Shown in pieces: positions 17,188 through 27,634 of a stretch of DNA of 64,000 bases; within the stretch, counting starts at the first letter, position 1; the number at the start of each line of letters is the position of its first letter. The notes under the pieces were generated by a model that saw nothing but the letters and a program-made list of their open reading frames with translations, did no database searches and had not been told where the DNA came from. Position numbers and translations under genes: made by a program. Source of the stretch: Candidatus Bathyarchaeia archaeon (GTDB taxonomy: Archaea; Thermoproteota; Bathyarchaeia; Bathyarchaeales; Bathycorpusculaceae); the NCBI GenBank assembly GCA_049512935.1, contig JBEKWR010000001.1, positions 64,001 to 128,000 of the forward strand. Direction: 5' to 3'.

Positions 17188-18111
17188 CTATTGCTTAAGT
17201 TCCTTTTCATGCAAAACCTTTGCTCTCAGGTAGATTTCCTCTTTCTTGCCGAGGTAGGTGGGACCGATTCCTTCGACGACCAGCGAAGCAGCCGCTGAAC
17301 CCACACAGGCGCACCATAATGATTCTTTCTGCCGCAGGTACTCGGTTAGGAAGCCGCCGATGAAAACGTCTCCTGCGCCTGTTGGATCGACCAGGACTTG
17401 TGAAGGGCAGGCTGCAATGTTGTACTGTGCGCCTCCGACTGAGAGTACGGATCCTTTAGCGCCCATCGTCACGATGACTGTTGCAACGCCCATGTCGTGA
17501 ACGGCTTCAATAGCGGCTTTAAGCTCGGACGTCCCGGTTAACGCGAAAATTTCTTTCTGGGCGGACTTGTAGATGTTGATGCAGCTGAATATTCGTTTGT
17601 CAACCGAAGCGTTTTCGGTTACGTTTCCCGCTTCGTCGAAGCTTCGAAGCAACCCTTGAGGGTCAAGCGACAGGACGTCTGCGCGACGCTTCAGGTGCTC
17701 AATCACTTCGAATGACACTTCGTTAGCGATGGGCGCAACATGAATCGCCTTGGCGTTCAAATCCGCTGGCAAATCAGCCAACTCTATGGGGGCTCCCTTA
17801 CTCTTCAAAATCAAGGTTCTCTCAGACAGATCTTTGCTGTAACTCAGCTCGAAGCTTGTGGTTGGCTCTTCAGCCTTTCTAACCACACCAGACAGGTCAA
17901 TTCCTTCCTGCCTTAGCCACCAGAGGTAAGCTTCTGGAAAATTCCCGCCTACTTTAGAAATTACGGAGGCTGTTGCGCCTAACCGTCTTGCAGCCAACGA
18001 AGTGTACGTGGGCGAACCGCCTAAAACGGTGAACGGGGCAGTTCTGCTGGGCAGCAGAATTCTGTCAATGGAGAGGTGCCCGATGACTGCTAAATCCACG
18101 TTTTGAAGCAC
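17188..18111 (-). CDS. PfkB-family carbohydrate kinase
   Basis: LGGSP.Y, DPTGAGDVF. Confidence 0.9.
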   Translation of the reverse strand: MLQNVDLAVIGHLSIDRILLPSRTAPFTVLGGSPTYTSLAARRLGATASVISKVGGNFPEAYLWWLRQEGIDLSGVVRKAEEPTTSFELSYSKDLSERTLILKSKGAPIELADLPADLNAKAIHVAPIANEVSFEVIEHLKRRADVLSLDPQGLLRSFDEAGNVTENASVDKRIFSCINIYKSAQKEIFALTGTSELKAAIEAVHDMGVATVIVTMGAKGSVLSVGGAQYNIAACPSQVLVDPTGAGDVFIGGFLTEYLRQKESLWCACVGSAAASLVVEGIGPTYLGKKEEIYLRAKVLHEKELKQ

Positions 18112-18171
18112 TGCCCTTTAGCCCCTCGATTTAATATGTGGTCATCCAAGATATAATTAACTGTTAGCAAG

Positions 18172-18537
18172 TTAGGATTGAAGCAGCAGTATAGCCTTCG
18201 CCAAATCGCCTTGGCACTCCTCAAGCGCTTCTTTGGCTTTCTCTAAGCTTTTGCCAGTTTGATCCGCCACCAGCTTTACATCTTCTTCGGAGAAAGTTGG
18301 CTGCGCTGCTTTTGCCGTTTGGCGTTGGGATGGGGTTTGCTCTGAAACTTCGCCGCCGATGACTTGATAAATTTTTTGTCCTTGCACCTGTAAAATTGCA
18401 ACTTGGGGCTCGTCGATGACGATGTCTTTGCCGCTGGTTCTGATGACAACTTGCTGAACGTCGGGGACGGTGTCCATGTTCATGCCCATACGCTGCATCA
18501 TGCGTCTCTGCTCTCTGGGGTTCATGCGCCTGTTCAT
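18172..18537 (-). CDS. nac: Nascent polypeptide-associated complex protein
   Basis: MNPREQRRMMQRMG, C-terminal UBA (GDLAKAIL). Confidence 0.93.
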   Translation of the reverse strand: MNRRMNPREQRRMMQRMGMNMDTVPDVQQVVIRTSGKDIVIDEPQVAILQVQGQKIYQVIGGEVSEQTPSQRQTAKAAQPTFSEEDVKLVADQTGKSLEKAKEALEECQGDLAKAILLLQS

Positions 18538-18756
18538 TATTGCTCACTTCAACGAAGTAATCTTTCAGTGGAACTTGATATAAACTTAACTTTACCAAGG
18601 TGCCCTTTACGATTTTGGCCTCATGAATAAGGCTAAACTACGGTGAAATAGAAAAGACGCAAAGCTCCCAGCAGGTACGCCGTGGTCATGCCGCCCTTGA
18701 TTTGCAGATAATTATTTTAGGCATGTTGGGGAAAATAATGAGCAGGAAATCAAAAG

Positions 18757-19980
18757 TTGAAAATCTTAAAACTGTCCCTTGTTTTACTGTGCCTTCTTTC
18801 AGTTTCTTTAATCACTGGCAGTTTGCAGCGAACGATTAGTTTTGAACAGGCCGCTGATGAGGGCGGGATGGTGAGTGGAGTGGTTGCGCATGAGATGTCT
18901 GCTGCGGAAGCGCAGTTGCTGGCGTCCTCTAACATAACGTGGGTTAGTTGTGATGTTACGTTCAATCCTTCGGACATCAGCGAATGGTACCAAGTTTATT
19001 CTTTAGCGCAGCAGTATCACCTGAATGTTGTGGGCATTCTCGACCAGCACCTTATGAACTACACTACCTTCACGTTGTCAGATTGGAGCAACGCTGTGAA
19101 GCAAGCCGTGCACGCGTTTGGAAGGTTCGTTAAAACCTGGGAAATATGGAATGAACCCAACTACAGTTGGAACGCTCTCGGCTATTTTGATGGAACCCCG
19201 CAAGCCTACGTTACTATGCTTCAAACAGCCTATAACGACATTAAAGCCATAGCGCCTTCTGACACGGTGATAGGTTTAGGAGGCATGCCGCTGTACACGA
19301 GTAACGAACCGACTTATCCCGACACGTATGCGAATCAATCCTTGGTGTGGGCGCAGCAGGTCGTTCAACTGGGCGGCATGTCTTTTTGTGATGCCATCGC
19401 TGTCCACGCTTACCCGTACGGGCAATACTATCCTCAAATTGCTGGTTATTTCTTTGAATATTACTTGCAGCAGTATAGCCGATTGTGCAACAAGCCGATT
19501 TGGCTCACGGAAGTCGGTCAAGAATCATACAGCACAAATTGGACCGCTTCAAATAGCGCGCAATCATCGTTCCTTTCGGAAAGCTACTCTTTGTTTCAAG
19601 GTTTAGGCGTCAAGGCTTACTTATGGTATGAGCTCAACGATAATTACACAGCGATTCCCGACTCTAACTTCGGTCTTTTCGACAACAGCGGAAATCAGAA
19701 ACCTGCATTCGACACGTACGTCGACGTAGTTAACGGCTTGACGCCTCCGACCGCAACTTCCACACCAACATCCGCGGCTTCACCCACGCAAAACCCAGCA
19801 ACAACCCCCGCGCCCTCGACGTCGCCTAATGCGACAGACACACCTACGCCCTTTCCTGCGGCTACCCCCACATCTGTTCCTGAGGAAAACTTTGTAGTTG
19901 ACTTAATCGTTGCTTTAATAGTTGCATTCAACGTTGCAGCATCAGTTTACGTAAAAAAGCACAGGTTAAAAAAAGAATAA
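18757..19980 (+). CDS. Secreted clan GH-A glycoside hydrolase with P/T linker and VPE-TM anchor
   Basis: WEIWNEPN, AVHAY, PIWLTEVG; signal peptide; VPEENF + TM + basic tail. Confidence 0.85.
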   Translation: MKILKLSLVLLCLLSVSLITGSLQRTISFEQAADEGGMVSGVVAHEMSAAEAQLLASSNITWVSCDVTFNPSDISEWYQVYSLAQQYHLNVVGILDQHLMNYTTFTLSDWSNAVKQAVHAFGRFVKTWEIWNEPNYSWNALGYFDGTPQAYVTMLQTAYNDIKAIAPSDTVIGLGGMPLYTSNEPTYPDTYANQSLVWAQQVVQLGGMSFCDAIAVHAYPYGQYYPQIAGYFFEYYLQQYSRLCNKPIWLTEVGQESYSTNWTASNSAQSSFLSESYSLFQGLGVKAYLWYELNDNYTAIPDSNFGLFDNSGNQKPAFDTYVDVVNGLTPPTATSTPTSAASPTQNPATTPAPSTSPNATDTPTPFPAATPTSVPEENFVVDLIVALIVAFNVAASVYVKKHRLKKE

Positions 19981-20283
19981 CACTTTTTAAAACTTGGCAG
20001 AAACGGCTTTGCAGTTAACAAACTTGTTTCAATGGTTTTTTCGGCTAATTAACTTTGGTTCAAAGTAAGTCTTGAGCTGAAGCTGAAGACCTTTGAGTGA
20101 AAACTGAAATTCTCCTTAAAAAGTTCAATCCGACAGATTATTCAGTCTTTCTTCTTGAACAAATTTAGTGTAGATGCGGCGTTTCTCAGTAAAACATAGG
20201 AAGAACTGTCTCACGATTATTTTCTTGACAATCCTTTTTTCAGCAAAATTTTAAAAAACAAATTCAGCTACATGTTTTAGTAG

Positions 20284-21825
20284 ATGAAGAGATTACACGT
20301 GAAACAGGGCATTTTCGATTGGCGGAGTAAGGGTGCAAGTAGAAAACTTTCTTTAAGAATCGTAGTCCTGTGCATGGCGCTATTAATTATTCTTAGCGGT
20401 TTCTTTGAATATCAAATTGTGAATTTACAGAGCCAACTCTCAAGAGACCAGTCAACAATTAATTCGTTGAACACGAAAGAGGCAGCCATGAACTCGACAA
20501 TAACAAACTTAGACAACCAACTTTCGTTAGACCCAGACAGGATCGTCGACGGATTCAGCATCGTTCAAATAACGGACACCCAGTTTTTGAGCGATTCGCT
20601 TCCAGGCCTCTACAGCGGGTTAACCAGTTGGATAGCAAACAAGGCAAGCGCTTTGAATCTTACAATTGTCGTGCACACTGGCGATATCGTGCAGGTAGCC
20701 AGTTCAGCCGGTGATTGGCAAAACGCAAGCAACGCCATGATGACCCTTTACAATAACGGAGTACCATACTGCTGGAACGCTGGAAACCACGACCAAGACG
20801 AAATCAACAACACCGTAGGCCGAGGAAATCCTGACGCTTCATGGATTGGCGGAAACTACCCTGGCTTCAACGTGACAATGATGCGGAAGGAGCCTTACTG
20901 GGTCGGAGACATTTTCGACGGAAAAAGCACGGCTGTGCAATTTATCTGGGGCAACTATCATTTTATGGTTATCAACATCGAATACAACGCTAACCAAACC
21001 GTTCTCGACTGGATGCAGACTCTCGTCAAAACCAATCCGAACGTAAACGTTATCGTGGCAACGCATGATTTTCTTAATGCAACCGGCGGGTACGGCACCT
21101 TGAACCATGCAGACGTAGTTTGGGCTACCAACTTCGAAAAGCTGCTAAACAACTATCCTAACGTGTTTATGACCATAAACGGTCACGCCACTATTCCAAG
21201 CAACAGCACGGCTACGGGGTACAACAAGAAAGCAGGTAAACGAGAAGAGGTTTTCTTCAACAGACAACAATTAAACAGCCTGCAGGGTGCGGCAGCCGCG
21301 CGAATCTACACTTTTGAAATGAGCCACCCAGCCAACCCCGGTGTTGACGTTTACACTTATCAAACCTTCGGAACGCCTCATTACATCACCGACCCCATGG
21401 ATCAATTCAACTTTTCAACAAGCCTCAAAGCATACTCACCTTCCACGGTCAGCATCCCAAGCGGCACAGAATTTCTGGGATCAAGCGGCTACAGCGTGAG
21501 CTTCGCGACCTCTACAACCCTGGCGCACTTCAGCCAGAACGGTTACACGCTCAGATTCAACGATTTGACCTTGAACGGCTTTACCTCGAACTTGACAGCG
21601 ACCGCGGTCGGCGCCGACATCGTGGTAACCAACTACAACCCCGACAAAGTGCTAAGCTACATGGTTAGCCAAAGCGGCGGCACCCAAACTTTCTCGGTGA
21701 ACGCGGCGCCATCGTCCGTCGTCATCGACGGCTCACCAGCCAAGAGCGGCGACGGGTGGAGCTACTCGAAAGGTGAAGTCACAGTTACAGGCGCTGCCTC
21801 GTCAGTGACGATAAACTTAACGTAA
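20284..21825 (+). CDS. Membrane-anchored extracellular calcineurin-like metallophosphoesterase
   Basis: DTQ, HTGD, GNHD, TH, GH; N-terminal TM + coiled coil. Confidence 0.85.
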   Translation: MKRLHVKQGIFDWRSKGASRKLSLRIVVLCMALLIILSGFFEYQIVNLQSQLSRDQSTINSLNTKEAAMNSTITNLDNQLSLDPDRIVDGFSIVQITDTQFLSDSLPGLYSGLTSWIANKASALNLTIVVHTGDIVQVASSAGDWQNASNAMMTLYNNGVPYCWNAGNHDQDEINNTVGRGNPDASWIGGNYPGFNVTMMRKEPYWVGDIFDGKSTAVQFIWGNYHFMVINIEYNANQTVLDWMQTLVKTNPNVNVIVATHDFLNATGGYGTLNHADVVWATNFEKLLNNYPNVFMTINGHATIPSNSTATGYNKKAGKREEVFFNRQQLNSLQGAAAARIYTFEMSHPANPGVDVYTYQTFGTPHYITDPMDQFNFSTSLKAYSPSTVSIPSGTEFLGSSGYSVSFATSTTLAHFSQNGYTLRFNDLTLNGFTSNLTATAVGADIVVTNYNPDKVLSYMVSQSGGTQTFSVNAAPSSVVIDGSPAKSGDGWSYSKGEVTVTGAASSVTINLT

Positions 21826-21889
21826 ACGTAGTTTGCCAACACTTCAAACGCTAAACAGCAAAAGCAGATGGCAAAAAAAGAGTAAAGAA

Positions 21890-22369
21890 TCATGGACGTG
21901 CCGCACTTTTCTTTGCGCCATGCCGCACCTTAACGGCTACACCGCTTTTGAAGGCAGTCATCTCCACGCTTGAAAGAGTGGCCTTCCCAACCGCCAAAAC
22001 AGCCCCCGCCTCGTCAAGAACAATTACCTCGTCACCAGCACGGACTTCAACATCAACTTTGACCACGTGAACGGCGAAAACGTCTCCCCCAGCGGCGATG
22101 AATTCGGAAACGTCGCTCTTTGCCGTGACAAAGCAATGAGCGAAAGCCGTGTTTTCAGCCATTAACTTGGCTGCTTTAACGCTTAACGAAAGCAACCCGT
22201 CGGTTGGGCGAAGAGTAGCTAACCTTTGACCGCCTAGGCTGATGAAGCGGATTCTGCCTGTCCTCGGCGAATACTCAACCTCCACGTTCTCGGGAAACAG
22301 CTTTGAACCTACTCCCTTTCCGAATTGGTAGTCGGCAACCGCCCTTATTTTCGCGAGATCGTTCTTCAA
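21890..22369 (-). CDS. PUA-domain protein (archaeosine TGT C-terminal-like)
   Basis: IRAVADYQFG, TGRIR, GVAVKVRHG. Confidence 0.85.
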   Translation of the reverse strand: MKNDLAKIRAVADYQFGKGVGSKLFPENVEVEYSPRTGRIRFISLGGQRLATLRPTDGLLSLSVKAAKLMAENTAFAHCFVTAKSDVSEFIAAGGDVFAVHVVKVDVEVRAGDEVIVLDEAGAVLAVGKATLSSVEMTAFKSGVAVKVRHGAKKSAARP

Positions 22370-22455
22370 CTGTTCACCGTCAATATGTTTTTGCGTCTTT
22401 CGACAAGTATAAACATAACAAGATAATAAACACAGTGAAAAGGAGCAAGTTCACG

Positions 22456-22983
22456 TTGAGATGCGAAGTCTGCGGTCACAAAATCCACACCGAACCCATA
22501 ACCGCCGTAATCGAAGGGGCAAGGCTAACCGTCTGCGTAGAATGCGCAAAACACGGAAAAATAGTGCACCAAGAAGAAGTCCCGCTTCAAAAACCAGCCC
22601 TTAAAAAACCGCAGACGCCGATAACCGTCGTTCAAAAGAAACCAGCAGTTGCCAGCGTTCAAATCACTCAGGAGCTCACTCAAGACTACGCGAACAAAAT
22701 AAGAGCGGCACGGGAAAAACTGGTTCTCACGCACGAGGAACTTGGCAAAAAAATAAACGAGAAAGCCTCGGTTCTAAGAAACCTTGAAGCTGGCAAAATG
22801 GAGCCGAACAACCAGCTTGCGTCGAAGCTTGAGCACATGCTAAAAATCAAGTTGCTCGTGCCGATCTCTGAAGAAAAAGTTGGCCAGATGACTAAAACCT
22901 CCAACCCAGAGTTGACTTTAGGCGACCTGATCGAGATAGGGAAGAAAGGCGGGGAGGCTGCCTCAGAACGAAAGCCGTCATAG
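22456..22983 (+). CDS. Archaeal multiprotein bridging factor 1 (aMBF1)
   Basis: CEVCG...CVECAKHG Zn ribbon + HTH; TLGD; TTG start at 22456. Confidence 0.92.
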   Translation: MRCEVCGHKIHTEPITAVIEGARLTVCVECAKHGKIVHQEEVPLQKPALKKPQTPITVVQKKPAVASVQITQELTQDYANKIRAAREKLVLTHEELGKKINEKASVLRNLEAGKMEPNNQLASKLEHMLKIKLLVPISEEKVGQMTKTSNPELTLGDLIEIGKKGGEAASERKPS

Positions 22984-24239
22984 TTCAGCGTCGACTGAAC
23001 CGTGAAGAATCCAGTTTAGAAGAGCTCAAAAGATTAGCAGAATCCGCCGGGTACACTGTTGTCGGTACGCTGGAACAGACAAGACCGCCCGATGCGCGCT
23101 ACCAAATAGGCGCTGGAAAAGTAGAAGAACTCGCCAAGATGGTTCAGGAAACAGGCGCTGGCAAAGTAATTTTTGATAACCAACTGAGAACGCGTCAAAC
23201 ATACAATCTTGCAAAAGCGACACACGTGGAAGTCATTGACCGCTTTGCGCTTATACTTGAAATCTTCACCAGAAGAGCCACAACAACAGAAGCGCAGCTC
23301 CAGATTCAACTGGCAACCCTGCGAAACGAACTCAAACATGCAAAGGAAAAAGTCAGATTAGCCAAAGGAAGCGAGCAGCCTGGCTTTATGGGTCTTGGAG
23401 CTTATGAAGCAGACGTTTACCGTGACGCCATAAAACGGCAGGTTCAGACAATCCTTAAAAAACTCGTCAGAATCAGGGAAAAAAGAGTTTTGCAGCGAGA
23501 AAGGCGAACCGAGCTTGGCTTCTTGACTATTTCGCTTGCTGGATATACCAAGGCTGGAAAAAGCTCCTTGTTTAATGCTTTAACGGAAGCAACCACGATG
23601 GTTGACAAAGCGTTATTCACGACGCTTTCAACGACCACCAGGATACTGGAGTTTTCTAACCGCAAATTTCTTTTAACCGATACCGTTGGCTTCATTGACC
23701 GTTTACCCATAGCTTTGATTGAAGCGTTTCACTCCACTCTTGAAGAAACAATCTTTTCAGATCTAATAATACTGATTTTAGACTTAAGCGAGCCAATGGA
23801 AACTATTGAGAAAAAATATAATGTTTGCTTGGAAACAATCGACCGTTTGGGTGCATCTGGAATTCCAACCATAACCGCTCTAAACAAGATCGACCTGCTA
23901 ACTGAAGAAGAAAGAAACCAAAAACTCGAAGCTCTCAAAGATAAAACCAAGAATCCAATCCTCCTATCCGCAAAGTGCCAAACAAACCTTGACGAATTAA
24001 AACGGAAAATTGTCGCGACTCTTGAAAGATATGTTCAAGCACGGTTTTCTGTTCCGTTAAATGAGAGGACTATGCCGTTTATCTCATGGGTTCACGGGAA
24101 AGCAGACGTGCGGAAGGAGAATTTCACCAACGATTCAGTTGAAGTAGTCTTCGAGGCTACGCCCGAGTTAACTGACCATATAAGACGAAAAGTGGCAGAA
24201 TTAAATGGCAGATTCGAAACCAACCCAAAAACCAAGTGA
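22968..24239 (+). CDS. hflX: GTPase HflX (conserved N-terminus extends to ~22968; non-canonical start)
   Basis: SLEELKRLAESAGY..V, YQIGAGKVEE upstream of ATG 23139; GYTKAGKS, DTVGF, NKID. Confidence 0.9.
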   Translation, partial: TKAVIVQRRLNREESSLEELKRLAESAGYTVVGTLEQTRPPDARYQIGAGKVEELAKMVQETGAGKVIFDNQLRTRQTYNLAKATHVEVIDRFALILEIFTRRATTTEAQLQIQLATLRNELKHAKEKVRLAKGSEQPGFMGLGAYEADVYRDAIKRQVQTILKKLVRIREKRVLQRERRTELGFLTISLAGYTKAGKSSLFNALTEATTMVDKALFTTLSTTTRILEFSNRKFLLTDTVGFIDRLPIALIEAFHSTLEETIFSDLIILILDLSEPMETIEKKYNVCLETIDRLGASGIPTITALNKIDLLTEEERNQKLEALKDKTKNPILLSAKCQTNLDELKRKIVATLERYVQARFSVPLNERTMPFISWVHGKADVRKENFTNDSVEVVFEATPELTDHIRRKVAELNGRFETNPKTK

Positions 24240-24792
24240 CACACCCCAGATTGTCGTTTTAAGGTGGGGTCACCGACCACAGCGAGACGTGCGATTAACT
24301 ACCCATGTTGCCTTGACAGCGAGAGCGCTGTGCGCTTCAGGCTTCATCCTTTCAGACGTAAAAGACCCAAGCATAGAAGAAACAGTCAGAAAGATAACTG
24401 ACCGCTGGGGCGGCACCTTCCACTTCGAGATGGGAACCCCATGGAAAAAAGCCGTCCGCGACTGGAAAGCAAACGGCGACGTCATCGTTCATTTAACGGC
24501 TTACGGCGAAAACATTCAAACCAGCGATGTGCTACAGAGGATTAAGAGTTCAAACCGCGATGTCATGGTTGTTGTCGGCAGCCAAAAGGTCCCAGGCGAC
24601 TTCTACTCAAGCGACGTATCAGACTTCAACGTCTCCATTGGAAACCAGCCGCACTCAGAATGCGCCGCCCTCGCCGTTTTTCTGGACCGTTTCTTTGCGG
24701 GTGAAGAGTTGGCTAAGGATTTCGGCGGGGCAAAAATGAGGATTGTGCCGTCTACGAGGGGAAAGAAAATAAAAAGCGACACAGACCCCTAA
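24205..24792 (+). CDS. trm56: tRNA (cytidine56-2'-O)-methyltransferase
   Basis: LRWGHRPQRDVRLTTHV, VHLTAYG, NQPHSE. Confidence 0.93.
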   Translation: MADSKPTQKPSDTPQIVVLRWGHRPQRDVRLTTHVALTARALCASGFILSDVKDPSIEETVRKITDRWGGTFHFEMGTPWKKAVRDWKANGDVIVHLTAYGENIQTSDVLQRIKSSNRDVMVVVGSQKVPGDFYSSDVSDFNVSIGNQPHSECAALAVFLDRFFAGEELAKDFGGAKMRIVPSTRGKKIKSDTDP

Positions 24793-24815
24793 TTTGTTTG
24801 CTTTCTGCAATTGGT

Positions 24816-24917
24816 TTATGGTAGTGGGTTATCGGTTAGGAATTTGATTATCTTGGCAGCTAATGTTTCGCCTATGTCCTCTCGGATGAAATGTCCCGCG
24901 TCGAAGCGTTCGTGAGG
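24816..24917 (-). pseudogene. C-terminal fragment of an alpha/beta hydrolase (haloalkane dehalogenase-like)
   Basis: PHERFDAGHFIREDIGETLAAKIIKFLTDNPLP*, preceded by an in-frame TAG. Confidence 0.55.
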
Positions 24918-25154
24918 CTAGCGCGCTTAAACAGTGTTAAGCTGGACTGAAGATTTTTATGCCGAGAGTAACACAAAATCTAAGCTCAAAAGGCTTAATC
25001 TTCTAAACCGCTGTTCGAATATTAATACGAATTGCATTAGGGCTTAAAAGCAGCGCCACAACAGAAGACTTAACAGTTTCAACACAGGCAAAAGATTAAA
25101 CGCATCCGCGAGCTATAAGTGAATTTTGTTTAAGGTCGAAACGAGGAAAGCGCG

Positions 25155-26102
25155 TTGGCTAGAAGAATAAGAAGGACTCCTCAGAAAAAAATGTCGTTAA
25201 TAAGAAATTGCACAATGGGATCATTAAACAAGCCCATTGCAAAGATAACGCCCGGTGAAACGGTTGAAGTGGAAACGTGGGATGCTAGGGGTAATATCGT
25301 GAGACCCGGTCAAACTCTGGAAGATGCGTTTCAGAAAGGCCTTCAACGCTATACAAATCCTATCACAGGTCCCATCTACGTTGAAGGCGCTGAGTCAGGA
25401 GATGCTCTAAAGATCGAGATAATCAACATCAAGCTCCCAGACGTTGGCTGGACCGCTGTTATTCCTGGATTTGGCGGGCTTGAGGGTTGGCTTCAATTAT
25501 CTCCATCTGTAACAAAGTTTTCAAAGATCAATGGCGGAAAGATCATTTACGCGTTGAATGACGGGAGGTCAATTGAAATTCCGGCCAAACCCTTCATTGG
25601 AACGATTGGTGTTTCACCAGAATTTGAGGCTGTCTCTACAGTTGTTCCAGGAAGACACGGCGGAAATATGGATGTTCCCGACATCTGCGTTGGTAGCACG
25701 CTATACCTTCCCGTGGCGGTTGATGGAGCACTTCTTGGGTTAGGTGATGTTCACGCAGTTCAAGGAGACGGAGAAATCTGTGGAACTGCGATGGAAGTTT
25801 CCGCAAAGGTTACACTAAAGGTCGAGTTGGAAAAAAACAAAAAGTTGGACTGGCCACGCGTCGAATCAAAGGACGAAATCATGTCTATCTGCAGTGCCAA
25901 ACCGCTTGAGGATGCAGTTAGATTAGCTTTTCTCGAACTGATAAAGTGGTTAGAGACAGACTACGGTTTTGAACGCTACGATGCCTACATGTTTCTAAGC
26001 TTAGCGGCAGAAGCGAGAATCGCCCAAATTGTCGATCCCCTGTTTACTGTTGTCGCAAAGCTACCGAAGAATATACTGCCGAAAAGCAGGAATCCTAAAT
26101 GA
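25155..26102 (+). CDS. Acetamidase/formamidase family protein
   Basis: NPITGPIYVEGAE.GD, HGGNMD, LGDVHAVQGDGE. Confidence 0.9.
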   Translation: MARRIRRTPQKKMSLIRNCTMGSLNKPIAKITPGETVEVETWDARGNIVRPGQTLEDAFQKGLQRYTNPITGPIYVEGAESGDALKIEIINIKLPDVGWTAVIPGFGGLEGWLQLSPSVTKFSKINGGKIIYALNDGRSIEIPAKPFIGTIGVSPEFEAVSTVVPGRHGGNMDVPDICVGSTLYLPVAVDGALLGLGDVHAVQGDGEICGTAMEVSAKVTLKVELEKNKKLDWPRVESKDEIMSICSAKPLEDAVRLAFLELIKWLETDYGFERYDAYMFLSLAAEARIAQIVDPLFTVVAKLPKNILPKSRNPK

Positions 26103-26185
26103 CAGAAGACTAAACTTTGATCGAGCCGCGCGTAAATTTATCTGTCTTGAAAGCAGACTGTTGAATAAGAAAACGTCAACTTAAG

Positions 26186-27106
26186 GTGAGCCAAATGCTA
26201 GATGGAAAATTTAACAGTAATCAAAAGCCCTATGCAAATGAGACCATGAAGCTGCTTTTTGAACGATCGAGCTGCCGGAGTTTTCTAGACAAGACAATTC
26301 CGCAAGAAGTCCTAAACGCGGTTCTTGAAGCAGGGACTCATTCAGCCAGTGCAGGAAACCTTCAACCATATTCCATCATAAAAATCGAAAAACTTGAAAA
26401 CAGGCTGAAACTAGCAGAGATGTGCGGTCAGAGTTTCATAGGGAAAGCTCCAGTGCTTCTGCTGTTCTGCCTCGATCTTCACCGCAACGAACGATGGGCG
26501 AAACTTGAGGTCGCGCCCTTCACGGCGACAAGTTCCTTTCGTCATTTTTGGGTATCTTTTCAGGACACGATTATCTGCGCACAGAACATCTGCACGGCTG
26601 CCGATTCAATGGGACTCGGATCAGTGTACATTGGCACCGTGATCGATTATCCAGCAGATATTAAGAGGATGTTCAAACTGCCGAAAGGCGTTTTTCCCGT
26701 CGTCCTATTGTGCCTGGGATATCCTAAAGTGAGACCGAAACCGGCCAATAAACTGGGCCCTGAAGTGGTAGTTCACTCAGAATACTACAGCCAGATGGAG
26801 GATCAACAGCTTCTGTCGGCTTACAGCAAAAAGTACAAAGACGAAAAATTGCAATTGACAGATGAAAGAATGGAAAAAATACTTCAGGTCTGTCGAAGTG
26901 TTCACGGACGAGAATTTGAAGAAAAGTGCGCTGAAAGAATGAAAAAAGATGGATTTGTGAACAGAGCACAGCATTACTTTGGACTGCACTACAGAGCTGA
27001 CCTTATGCCTGAAGGAAACGATCAGTATCTCAAAATCATGGAGGAATCGGGATTCAACTGGTTCAAGAAGTATAACCCAACAATTCCTTCTGCCCCGATG
27101 ATCTAG
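26186..27106 (+). CDS. Nitroreductase family (NfsA-like)
   Basis: RSSCRSF, ASAGNLQPY, MGLGSVYIG, LCLGYP. Confidence 0.88.
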   Translation: MSQMLDGKFNSNQKPYANETMKLLFERSSCRSFLDKTIPQEVLNAVLEAGTHSASAGNLQPYSIIKIEKLENRLKLAEMCGQSFIGKAPVLLLFCLDLHRNERWAKLEVAPFTATSSFRHFWVSFQDTIICAQNICTAADSMGLGSVYIGTVIDYPADIKRMFKLPKGVFPVVLLCLGYPKVRPKPANKLGPEVVVHSEYYSQMEDQQLLSAYSKKYKDEKLQLTDERMEKILQVCRSVHGREFEEKCAERMKKDGFVNRAQHYFGLHYRADLMPEGNDQYLKIMEESGFNWFKKYNPTIPSAPMI

Positions 27107-27294
27107 CTACCCGAATGACTTGTACACGTTTGTGAGCCCGCGCGATAGGTATGGAGTTTCTGAGGACACGCGCGCCAAACCACTCTTTTTCCTCAGGTAA
27201 CATGGCGTAAAGTCGTCGTGGTCGTCGTTGGTTGGATTAAAATTTAATCCCAAAACAAGCCCAAATGACATAATTAAGACTAAATCAATAACTG

Positions 27295-27322
27295 CGGCGG
27301 CGGGGGAAGGATTTGAACCCTC
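27295..27322 (-). repeat. Isolated tRNA 3'-half fragment (att-like)
   Basis: Minus strand GAGGG-TTCAAAT-CCTTC-CCCCGCCG; no D or anticodon arm upstream. Confidence 0.55.
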
Positions 27323-27361
27323 AACCCAGAAAATAGGGGGCTGACCAAGCGAAGGGATTAT

Positions 27362-27634
27362 ATGGGCAGTGGTGGTAATGGTATATGGTGTTGCCATTTG
27401 GAAGTTGCCATTGACAAGCAAGGACGCATCGTCATACCGAAAGAGATTAGGGAAAAATATGGTCTTTCAGAGGAAGGTAAACTGGAGTTGGTAGCCCGAG
27501 AAGACGCAATCGAGCTGATTCCACTGACTAAAGAAGACGATTTGGCAATTCGTTCTCTAAGAGAGCCTTGCAAAACTGGCAACTCAGAAGCACGTGATAA
27601 GGCTTTCTCGCGGGAGAATGCTTGGAAACGATGA
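27362..27634 (+). CDS. AbrB/MazE antitoxin (true start probably TTG ~27398)
   Basis: IDKQGRIVIPKEIREKYGL. Confidence 0.88.
   Translation: MGSGGNGIWCCHLEVAIDKQGRIVIPKEIREKYGLSEEGKLELVAREDAIELIPLTKEDDLAIRSLREPCKTGNSEARDKAFSRENAWKR

Noticed and set aside
27295-27345. Complete tRNA on the minus strand
   Set aside because: Only the T-arm and acceptor 3' strand are present.
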